Assembly (NCBI GenBank): GCA_965285935.1
Contig: OZ260661.1
Coordinates: 62,434,001 to 62,498,000 of the forward strand
Direction of reading: 5' to 3'
DNA: 64,000 bases
Source of the DNA: Ophelia neglecta
Lineage: Eukaryota
The position numbers and the translations under genes were made by a program. Shown here piece after piece: positions 1 to 10,878 of the stretch. Every line of letters begins with the position of its first letter. The first letter of the stretch is position 1. Below the pieces are notes generated by a model. The model had not been told where the DNA came from. It saw only the letters and a program-made list of their open reading frames with translations, and did no database searches.

Positions 1-195
1 CGTATGTTAAGAATTGTGAGATATGGGAAGACTGTTGCACGGAGTCGTTTCATTTTGCAGTCGTTAACTCACATACTTTCGCTCTATGCATTTCATTTAG
101 GGTCCATATAAATATCATGAACGAATTCAGAATTAAATGCACTTTGAAAATGATGTACCTAAACAATTCAAAATATATTCTATTGGTAATTTCCT

Positions 196-207
196 GGATG
201 GGGAGGG
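196..207 (+). promoter_or_regulatory. Polypurine tract (PPT)-like sequence
   Basis: GGATGGGGAGGG immediately precedes the TGTGGG LTR start. Confidence 0.55.
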
Positions 208-1536
208 TGTGGGGGTTGTAAATATTTTGCCATCGGTCGATAACAGTATAGTATTGATACCTACCGTTGTAAGGCTGCTTAGGTCTCTGGGGATGTTTCC
301 TCGATGCTGCACAGGGTGATATCAAGACACGGGAAGACACCAGTCCGACTGGAGTTGCTTAAGTTATATTCCTTTATGATTGCGCGCTCCCTGCTAAATT
401 ACAATAACACTATGTAGTAGCCCAGCAAGGTTATCTCAGCTGGCTCTGTCGATGCTCCTGAATGAAGAGTCCCCTCATGGTTTAGGGGGGGGGGGGGCAG
501 CCTATGGCTGAGGACCCTGCCTGTTCGCCGACCTTTCACGTGGCCCCACGTTGTTATTATTTATGGGTGACTGGCGGCTGGTCAAATATGGTCAAATAGC
601 TGAGGGGCATCCAGAGGTGACCATTGTGTGTACAGGAAATCGTAATTGTGACTTATATAATTAGGGCTATAAAGCCCCTTGTGTTCCTCGGGACGGCCGG
701 GTAGTGTGCGTAGTTAGTTTGCTAAGCTTTTGAAGGTAGCCATATAAACTGTAATTAGTTCTGTGTGTAGGGTCAGTCGGGGATGATGTAATAATTCTAG
801 TTCAGCCTGCTAGCAAGGAGGTGACAGCACTGCATACCAATAGTCTGCACTTGAATGTGGGGCTAGACTACAGATTTGCAGCGGTTCCATGTTCATTGCG
901 AAACCTGTATACTATAGCTATCACACAAATGTGAAATTTACCTGAATGGAAAGCCCTCTAATATGTTAATCATCCCTGAAAGTTTTGTTTTGATTACTTC
1001 AACAAGCACCAAGTAAGGGCTTTTAAAACATCATTCCCATGTTAAATTCCCATATGAACAGCTGAAAGTAGCCCCACTTATCCCAGCCTTACCACTGCCT
1101 TTTAATTGCAATCAGCTTTGGAGGTAAGAAAAGTGGTTGTTGGTCAGCAGTATGAAACATATCCGACTGGCCAATTAAACGATAATAAAGCTAGGGCCGC
1201 CCCTGGTAAGCTATTGAATGGATGTTTGTTGTGCGGTGTGTCTTGGAGTTATTGCTAAGACCATCACACAGGTAATTGGATGCGCTTTGTCATCGTCGGA
1301 CGATCATAAATACCTATGTTTATTGTTGTGCAGAACTGTATATAAGAGACAAAATAAATTAGAACGGGAGGCTTGGAATCCTGGTTTCTAGAGATCAGAC
1401 GGTTGTCTTGTTTTTACTAGTGGCGGTCATTCCCCACGCTACCGACATAGCCGGGGTCCGGACTCGCGCTTAAAACGGTAGGGTACGTGTGAGTAACATT
1501 ACGTTGTCTTGTGTGTAACCGACCCTGGTTCCCACA
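208..1536 (+). repeat. Full-length LTR (~1.33 kb)
   Basis: Starts TGTGGG (208) right after a purine tract and ends CCCACA (1531-1536), a 6-bp inverted terminus. Contains TATATAAG (~1339) and AATAAA (~1353) and is followed by a PBS. The 3' boundary is firm; the 5' boundary is inferred. Confidence 0.65.
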
Positions 1537-1540
1537 ATTT

Positions 1541-1558
1541 TGGCGACCACGACGAGAC
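1541..1558 (+). promoter_or_regulatory. Primer binding site, tRNA-Arg-like
   Basis: TGGCGACCACGACGAGAC, 4 nt after the LTR end. TGG complements tRNA CCA, and TGGCGACCACGA complements the 3' end of animal tRNA-Arg(UCG) (...UCGUGGUCGCCA). Confidence 0.75.
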
Positions 1559-1713
1559 AGCATGTGTGACAGTTTCCAGAAAGAAAAATGGAGACAACAG
1601 GGCACCGGGTAAACGGAAGCCCAGAGGCAATGGGACAGGCGAACGGGAGGCGGAGAAGTCTATAAGGAGACTAAGTAAGTGACTTTAAGTTAAATTCGAG
1701 GGAAGATAAAACT

Positions 1714-2270
1714 ATGGAAGCACTACAGCAACGGAATATTCAGTTACAAGGAGAACTGCGGCCGCAGCTAAAGCGACTACACCAGCAGGTGCAGGACAAT
1801 GTCGATCCCGGGGAAGCCTTCAGAGATCACCTCCGAGAGGACAGGAGGGACAGACGCGTTGAGAGGGAGGCCAAGCGGATGGAGCTATGCGACGGCGAGG
1901 ATCCGGCCCAAGTCAAGCGCTATCTCAAGGAGATAGAGTTGACCCCGGAGAATGAGAAATTGGAAGTTTTCCGGCAATCCGCAGGGGAGCCTTTAGACGG
2001 GAGTTCGAGCGTTAGCCTACTTCGCCGCCCATCGACAGGCAGATTGGGGTGCCATTAAGGCCCATCTGCTAAGTAGATTTGTCTCCGTAGACAATGCGGA
2101 AGCCCTTAAGCAGGAGCTACTTAAGATAAGACAGGAGCCCTTTGAGAGCCTGCTGTCCTATAACCGCAGATTTAATTAGGGAGCTGGCAGCTGAAGCGTA
2201 TCCCCCTCCCGCCGTGGGACAGAGAAACATAGATCAGGAACGGGCCCTGATAAAAGCCTAGAGACGAGGG
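1714..2270 (+). pseudogene. gag: gag (capsid) remnant, frameshifted
   Basis: ORF 1714-2058 (…MELCDGEDPAQVKRYLKEIE…) continues in shifted frames as WGAIKAHLLSRFVSVDNAEALKQELLKIRQEPFESLLSYNRRF/RELAAEAYPP…QERALIKA*RRGL, typical of gypsy capsid helices. Confidence 0.7.
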
Positions 2271-3489
2271 CTTTTCAACGTGATAGGAGAGCTGTCCAAG
2301 ACTTTGTTCGGTGTCGCCACGGAAAAGTTGTTCGAAGGATAAGAGAGACAGTTAACGAACTAGTAGCTGAAGGTGACTCACTCCAAGTAGCAGTAAAAAA
2401 GCTTATAATCTGTGTTAATCAAACCATTACACAACAGCAGGATATTTCGAAAAAGGTAGGCATATTAGCCACCCATGTAAATCAACTACAGAGAGATGTA
2501 AAAACGTTGTCTATATTTCTAGATAAAACTGGTATTCGTTTGTTTAATGCCGATATGTTAATAGTGATTGAAAATTTACTATTGTTGGCAGAGGAAGTGT
2601 ATAATATGGAAGGAGATGCTGTCAGTCATTTCAAGTACAGTAGTGATCTAGCGGTGATTGGGCATGTCACTGAGACCTTACTACCTAGGTCTGTCCTAAA
2701 AGAAGTTAGAAAGCAGGCCAAGATAGAGGTTTCAGACAAATTTTTGTACTCTAATTTAGAAGTCAAGATCATGAAATTGGGAGGAGATGGTCTGGATTAT
2801 TGGGTCTCGTTACCAGTTCTGGGTGGAGAACCCCATACCTTATGGCGAATTCTGAAGGTACCTTTCCCTGTTGGGAGTCGACACCGACGGGTGAAGTCAT
2901 GTCGGTAGGTCATGGGTTGGAATCCGGCAACTATATAGAGGCGGACCTGTGCCGTTACAGTAACCCCAGGCTTTGCCCATCCCCCGTAGAGTATGATGAA
3001 CTAACTTGTGTGAATAGCATTTTAAGTCAAGACACAAATTTGTTAAAATATTGTAAGTCTGTCGAAATAGATAATCACTGTGTCAGTGCCAGACGAGTTT
3101 CCACCACCTCTGTAATAGTTGCCACTGACGGGGAAAAGGTAGAAGAGCGCTGCTACCTGCAAGCCCCGCAGTTTTACCAAATTAAAGCTAATACTTACCT
3201 ATTATCCTGAAACGCTGGATGTGTGTTGGAAGGAAAAGGTTGGAAGTCTCAGGCAACTCGGGTAGCTAAGCGTGAAATTGAATTGAATGATCCAGTAGTT
3301 TTACTACCGAGGGGGATAAATGTGACGAGTTACTTTCTGGAAGAAATGCCGAGAGTGCAAGTAGGGTTAAATTATACAGAAATTTCCGCCAGACTAGCTA
3401 GAGATTTTCTGGAATTACCCTACCTAGATGGGATGAAGAAGGTTAAGCCTGTTTTGGTGTCTGGTGGTGCTATAGCATACCTGGATCAT
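2262..3489 (+). pseudogene. env: env remnant: class I fusion protein of baculovirus F/errantivirus type (F1 subunit), frameshifted, TM lost
   Basis: RR|GLFNVIGELSKTLFGVAT fusion peptide, then a heptad region (RIRETVNELVAEGDSLQVAVKKLIICVNQT…), GHVTETLLPRSVL and Cys-rich CRYSNPRLCPSP…TCVNSIL…YC, spread over ORFs 2507-2908, 2800-3210 and 3223-3573. Confidence 0.75.
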
Positions 3490-3728
3490 AAATACCTATG
3501 TTTATTGTTGTGCAGAACTGTATATAAGAGACAAAATAAATTAGAACGGGAGGCTTGGAATCCTGGTTGCTAGAGATCAGACGGTTGTCTTGTTTTTACT
3601 AATGGCAGTCATTCCCCCCCCCCCCCCCCCTACCGACATAGCCGGGGTCCGGACTTGCGCTTAAAACGGTAGGGTATGTGTGAGTAACATTACGTTAAGT
3701 TGCGTGTAACCGACCCTGGTTTACCACA
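3484..3728 (+). repeat. 5'-truncated 3' LTR
   Basis: Matches 1302-1536 with roughly ten substitutions plus a poly-C expansion (counted by eye); ends ACCACA. Confidence 0.85.
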
Positions 3729-6700
3729 AAATGTTTACATACCACTTATAACTGATATTCTTGTCTTAAACAAAAAAACCGAGTTCTTCATTCTCAGTAA
3801 ACCTGTCACAGTTTCATTAATGTCAAGAATAATTGACCTTTAACATTTGAAAGTGAAATCAACATTTTTAACTGAGCAGTGGCAGGTTCAAGAGAATTAA
3901 GAAAAGCATCACGTGTTCATAATGGTCAAATGATGCAGGAAGAAGGAATACCCAATCATCATATTTGAACTCATATACAATATATCCGTCATTATCACAA
4001 AAAAGGTCTACATTCAAGTCGATTCATTGTAATGAAGCTGCTATAGTGAAGTCTGGCTCTGACACTTTTATCTTTGCAGGTTTGAATACATTAATTGGTG
4101 TCAATAATTGATTTCAATCTCCGCATCCAGTTCAGGAAGCCCAGTGGGATTTATTTCTGTGAGGCTACTTGATAGTAGTTTATGGAAGTAGTAAGTCTGA
4201 TGAAGTCATTGTCCGTTATAGTTATCAGTGGCTCAGAACTTCGTTAACTTTGTGAACAGGAATCAAGAGACATGCTTTATCAGTTCCGGCATGAAAAGTA
4301 GTTTAAGCTGTCGGTCATAGCTTAATGAAGAAGCCACATTTGTATATAACCCTTACAATCTCCGTGAAATTGATAAGTTAATTGTGATAATGGAGGAGCT
4401 ACTTCATATTAAACAAAACATACTGCTACACAGATTATTTTGAAGTATGAGGTGCTATATCCTATGAAAATAGTTATTTCTAAATTGAACTAAGTAGACC
4501 TCTAAAATTTTAAAAGTTATCTGTTAATTTTATTTCCTTTTAGGGTCATTGCATATTGCCTTCCAATGAAACATTCATTTTATTGCTTTATATATTGCAG
4601 ACACTTGTCACTGGGGATATACTATACTGGTGCAGTGGCGGCACCAGTATAAACATGGCGAGTCCTTTCAACATTTTTAAGTCTTTTGGCTTACTGAAGG
4701 TACTATTGTAATTAAGGCACCGGTCACGAAGACAATAAACGTTGTTCTTCTCAACCAAGTTATAACTCGGCTTAATGATTGTATTGATTCGGAGGTATTA
4801 ACATACTGGTGCAGACTTATTTCTCAAACCCCAGTATCCAGAGCGCTGATCGGCATGTTCTTGAAAAAACTTCGATTGATCGGCAGCTCTCTCTTTAAGA
4901 ATATCTAGAGAATGGGGGTCACCCTTACAATGCACCAGTGTCAGGGTTAATTCAAGGGAGTTTGTGTCATTATGGCATGTGTCAGAATAAATGCATTTTT
5001 GTCGGTCAAATAATGAAATTGCTGATTAATTGTTGCAGAATGACAAGTCAACCTTTTTCAGCAGCAAATCTTACGACTTTGAATTGCATGTACAGTGCAT
5101 ACCGCCAATGAAAAACAAACTACTTGAATTTTACCTTATGCTACTACCATATTTATTTCAATTGATCAATCCCAAAAAGTTTGTTATATTCTGAAAATAC
5201 TTTAAAAAATGCTTCAAAATTGCTTTTAAAATTCTTTAAAAGCCAGAGGAGCATCTGTTTCGAAATAAGCGTATGTGTAGCGAAAATTTCGTGATCCTGA
5301 TATCGACTATTAAACTATCAACAACAATGGCACCCTATCTTTTGGGGAATAAGCTGTAAAGAAGTAATCCATTCGAAAAAGTGTGTGTCTGAACGAGGAC
5401 TGGCTTCTGTTATTTGCACCTAAAAACCAACATATTTGTTTCCATACGTAATATGACGATCACTTACTAGCCCTCAAAAGGTGCGGGTAGCGATACATAA
5501 AACCGTCCCACGAACACCCCTCGTGTTCGTTCAAATGGAACAGCCGTAAACATGCACCTGTTATCTGTTTGGTTAGGTTTTTTTATCGTCTGTGCACTGT
5601 GGGCTAGTGGAATCAGCTGGAATCGGCGCTGATTACGTGGTCATGGGTTGATGATGCCAAAACGTAAATCAATGTATGCCTCCATGGCATTCCTATAGTG
5701 TTTTTATTCATATCCGGAGGACCGTCAGAAAGGAAGAAAGCATTGCACACTACATGGTCACGGGTCGATCATGACAATCGCAAATCAATGAAGGGGTCCC
5801 TGTCAGTCCTTCAATACAATAAACAGACGAGGGGTAACTAGAAAAACGACATGACCACTGAATTGCATCGAAGATACAATGGTCATTGTACGAAAGATGA
5901 CATTTCATTAAATCTTTTCAGTTTAAGCTGCAATTCTCACAAGATCAACTTGTAAAATGTTTCTAACGGGCATTATAATTTAAAAACAGATGTTTGTTTA
6001 TTTGCAGTTTTCACTTGACAAATGTTTCAATATTCCTTTACTTTGATAAAGAAATAAGAAATCATTAGAATAATATATAATATAGAATAGTGGATGGGAT
6101 GCAAGGGAAAACCAAAACCAAAAGGGCTAATGGTCTCGGAGAAATGTTTCTTGAAAACAATCCAGGCATTTAATTCAAGTATTTCCCTACAAAGGCGTGT
6201 CTCGCCTGTTGCCTCATCTGAAAATGTATGTACGGATTTAAGATTTTCCAGCCATGCCTGCTCAAACAAATTCACATTTTGCACCATGTTCGAGTTTATA
6301 AACATTTCTGTACCCACTGGTTGTCTTTAGATGTTTTTTCTATGCTAAGGATCAATGATTGATTAGAAAATGTTAAAAGCCAGCATAGCGCGTTTTTGAG
6401 CCCTTGACGTGTCCTGGCACATTCCCAGGTTAGAGGCAGGCATTTCATTTGTACGTTTAAACTATAGGCCTAACATGCAATGGTCACCAGGGAAATCGAT
6501 ATTTAACAAGCTCATACCCTCCTTCAGAAGAATTATCCTTATCAAATGTAATTTTTTCGTGTTTGTCCTGTCACAACAAAGGGGAGAAGACCCATCTGGG
6601 TTTAATGAGGTGTGACTACATGGCTGTAGTTCATCGTGGACCACAAAATCTTGATATATAATTTATAGTGGTTTCCGTATATCTGTCAAAAATGCTAGTA

Positions 6701-7179
6701 TTCCCACAAAGAGCTGGGCAAGTTTTACCTTGGCGACCCACACGTAACGATTATTTCATTATAGTCTTACATGCAGAAATCATTCAAGTTGGAACAATGC
6801 CATATCAGCGCGTCTACCCATGCATAACTGAAGATCTGAAATAGTCCATCACAAAAATGTCATAGGACAAGTCGTGACATATAGCAAGCTTGTGGGAACA
6901 TGGGAAAAAATGAAATAATTTTAGGTCACCTGCAGTGTTCTTAGTTGGTATTCGCTTGGAGGAACGCTTTTAATCAGAAGTTAGAGTCTGTTTCGTCTGC
7001 TTACCTGAACTAACAGTGTAATTTGCGATCAATAAAACGGACTGGCCAACACGCTAGGAAAAAAACCTTCATAATTTAAGTGCTAGTCAGCTGTGGGATA
7101 CTAGTCGGAGATAAAGCCAGAACACAAGGGGTATTGTGACATGGGACAAAGTGTGAATACACAAGAATTATATTTCAGC

Positions 7180-10100
7180 ATGTATATACGAAATCAGATA
7201 TCTCAGGCCACGAAATGGATCATTTTTATCTGGATAGTGGCTCCAATTGTCCGCTTTTGCAATGGTAATTATATTTTCGCATATAGATTTAAATGCGCAA
7301 TTGAAGCCGTAGCTTAATATATAATAAGTCTAGGCATATAATATAAGACTGTACACATTCTTTAAAACTAAACGCCACCGCAACTAGCTATTAAAAGTAT
7401 GTTAGTGCTGCAGTAGTTAAAAATAGGTACATAAATATAGGTGGAAGGATTCATTCTCGATTGCTGTCACCTTACTTTCACTAATATGTATCTGTGTATT
7501 CAAGGCAGCGGAGAATCAGGCTGGGTATATGATGGGTGTTACGTGTATACACCACTAGATGTACGGACAGACCACCAAGACACTTATTACGATAGCTTCT
7601 GGAAAGCTTGGAAAACGCCAAACTTTACTGAAGATCGGTGTATGTCCTCCTGTGCACTGAGAGATTACTCGTATGCTAGCATAGTGAGTTATTTTTCATG
7701 CCTTTTAACTGAAAGTACATCGAGCAGTTTAATCCAGCATTTCAAAAATTGCCAAAACGAAGTAAAAATCAGTGGAACCATTCGAGCGAAACAAGGAACA
7801 TTCATCAAACACACATTCTTGTAGATTGATATTTTTTCTTTCAGTTTATGTCACATTCTATATGCGGCATATTGTCAGATATATATCATAGCTACATGAA
7901 TATCTTACCATTTGTAACAATCCTGTGACTATAGTATATTAATATTATATACATTTGAATTGTGCATTATTGTTTTATGTGCTGTCTTCACATTATATGA
8001 GACTCCTTGCACTGTTTAAATCTAAATCAGTGTTTTCTGCTTTATTAGCATACATAGACAACACATTAATGTTCATCGAATGCGAATGTCATGCATTTTT
8101 TTTTCGTTGTTTAAAGTCGTATTACTGGATGTCGGGAACGTTGTGGTTAGAATGTTGGTGTGATCGTCTGCCGATTAACGAGAGCAGGCGTCATCCGGTT
8201 TGTCCGGAGTCCTGGGACTGCTTTGGAAAGACATGCATTGGCCACAATCACTTGATACATGACGTCAACACAACGAAGTTGTATGCGACAGCATTCAATC
8301 ATTGTAAGAATATTTATTTGACAATTTAAATTAATGCCAATTTTAATCTTGACATAATTGCTTCCACTTTGTTTAAGAAGTGGGATCGGTCAGAACTTTG
8401 AACCACTTTATTGAAAAAAGGAAACTTTTATTCACATGTGGAAAATTCCAAAAGTCCGATTTGCTTCAAATTGAGCACACCGCATACATATGGGCCCGAA
8501 CGATTTAAAAGTTTTATGAATTGAGAGGAATGATTTGCAATGAATAAAATTGGAGGCAAATGAACTTTAACCTGGAAAAGTGCGATCTGATTTAATGAGC
8601 TACATATTCTGATGTAACGTTTATAGTTTCGTTACATTAAGAAGGTAAAACTGCAGAGCATTTACTCAATATGCATGTGCCCGTTTTCTCTCTATACGTG
8701 CTGGGGGAATTGTAGCTTATTTGTTTGACTTGACATGTATTGTGTTTCGAGCCGATATTAACACTCCTCAAATGTATTAAACATGCCATTAATATGTTGA
8801 GAACAAATGCCAGAATCCTGTATTTAGACAAGCAACTGTTTCAAAAAGTGGAAATAGAACCGTCATCCATTGTCAATTGGGGCAATATTAAACTTACTAG
8901 TCCATCAAGCCATTGTTCAACAAGAAATGGTACGGTGGTGGAGGCGGATTATAGTCCTGAAAAATATAACATAGCATTATCTGGGAAACAATAATTTGGT
9001 TTCGCATGAGCAACTCACCATTTTTTTGTACAACTGAAAACTTGGTCACGAAAATTTAACATCAGTCACATAACCAATTAAACTCAAATCTGAAAATGAT
9101 ATTAATACTAGAGGCATGGAAAACATGTTCCACACCAGCAATGCTATCCCCTCTCGAGTTTTGTATGTAGTTCATTTTCCATGACAACTATTGTCTGCAA
9201 ATCAATTTTACCCCCTATCCTAGCTTAACAATAACACGTAAACAAGAGTTGAATAGATCCCTGGTAAAATCACCCTTTAATAGCATAGAGATGACTCATC
9301 AATCAGCTGAAAATACCCATATTGATTACTGCCTTACTGCCAGGGTCATACTAAAGGACAAGCATGGCTCATGCCAGGATAATTAAAATACAATGTTTAT
9401 GCATTCCCAGTTGCTTTATTTCAGCGACGACAGGTACAGACGTGTATCCTACCATATCAACAGTTTCTGACAAGCCCTCATTATCGGAAGTAATAACGTA
9501 TAGAGGTAGCATGGAAACGGATGTGAGTTCATTGGTTTGAACATTCCCTGTAATCATGGCAAGAGCAAAAAAGGAGGTTTTGATGCTTTTGTATGCATAT
9601 TAGATATCTATGTAAACATATTTTCTATTGTATATATGCAAGTCAGAATTTACAAAAATAAAATAAATCAGCCATTTTGCGTACCATTTGCGAAGTATTG
9701 ATACTAGTGAGTCCTCTATTGGCCACATGCCGTTGAGGAATTCCTGTCTATTGCAAGAGATTGATGATATTGTTATAGGTTGATCGTAAAGCAGATTTAA
9801 GACCAACTGAAAGGCCTGACTCAACAAGTACCTTAGGCATCACCGGAGTGGCCGTGGTCGACGGGAGTAGTCTTTCAACGGTTACCATTACAGGTGCAAT
9901 TGTTAATAAACGAACCATCTACATGTTGATTTATTGCTTAAATGTGTAAAACAATAATTTGGTAAGGGTATGAATGTTTCGTTTAAATATCGGAATTGTT
10001 TCAGACACCATGCGTTGGTATCGAATAAACGGTATTTATTCTTTTAACAAATATATAAACATAAAGTGTTCATAAGTTGTATTATCCATTCTAATCCAGC

Positions 10101-10878
10101 ATTGGTATTGGCAGCCGTAGTGCCTTTTACAATTGCAGTTGTCGTCCTTATTCTTGCCCTGTGTTTGAAGAGAAAAAGAAGGTGAGGTAGTTTTTTTTTC
10201 TTGTGGCAATATCATGATGGTACATAAGATTGGGGTAGGGGTCGATGCCTGGAATTTGCTAAGCCAGTGATATATTTATTCACGTGATAGCCGCCGATGG
10301 GTTGTTATGTACAAAAAGTGTTGCCATTTGAAAAAGGGGTTTTTGTTCCTTTGTTTTTCAGATCAAAATTAAAGAAACCTTCTTCTCCAACGAATAAATA
10401 CAATAACCCTGTATATGGAGATATAGGCATGTGTAGGGAAGCAGCTCATCGTTCTCAGGCCATAGATACAGGATGGCCTTTATATGAAGAAATTCCTGGT
10501 GAAAGAACAGCAAGAAACATTCGCCCTGATGTTAACATCCGACCAGAGTTTAACTTCTCGTCTGATCAGGCATGTGCTGGTCCCGACCAAATGTATGCTG
10601 TTCATGTCAGTAGAACCAAAGAGAGGGGGGACATTTATAAAATGTCAAATTCAAATGGTAGAGCTCACATGGCCACCGAAAATTATGCCGGGCATTTTGC
10701 TGTGGGTTCATCAAATAAAGGCAGCCCTGACACAATGGATTGTAGGTCCTTACCACAAAAAAATAATGCATTGGCATTACATGAAACAATTCCATCTTCA
10801 GAGGCAGCATTTACCAGACAATACATCTCAGAGAAAGACAACAGATGCACAGAGAATGTACACATCTCGTTTATGTAG
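7180..10878 (+). CDS. Single-pass type I membrane protein with WSC-like domain, S/T stalk and Tyr-motif cytoplasmic tail (multi-exon)
   Basis: Phase-consistent exons: 7180-7264 (signal peptide MYIRNQISQATKWIIFIWIVAPIVRFCNG); 7505-7683 (WVYDGCY…TEDRCMSSCALRDYSYA); 8117-8303 (ECWC…CPESWDC…C); ~9425-9505 and possibly 9837-9892 (S/T rich); 10100-10181 (TM LVLAAVVPFTIAVVVLILALCL KRKR); 10362-10878 (NPVY, YEEI). Confidence 0.7.

Larger units (their letters stand above)
1..3728 (+). mobile_element. Internally deleted, env-bearing Ty3/gypsy (errantivirus-like) LTR retroelement; probably continues left of the window
   Basis: Direct repeat 1302-1536 vs 3484-3728, both ending in CCACA. PBS at 1541, gag-like and F-like env reading frames with frameshifts and stops, no RT/IN motifs. 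Confidence 0.85.

Noticed and set aside
484-497. Poly-G run as an alternative PPT
   Set aside because: Not followed by TG; it lies inside the inferred LTR.
3950-4410. Coding-like minus-strand stretch (NVASSLSYDRQLKLLFMPELIKH…), possibly a decayed transposase
   Set aside because: Multiple stops and no motif I can identify.
6027-6644. Overlapping short ORFs on both strands
   Set aside because: No recognisable domain or consistent splice chain; probably an old repeat fragment.
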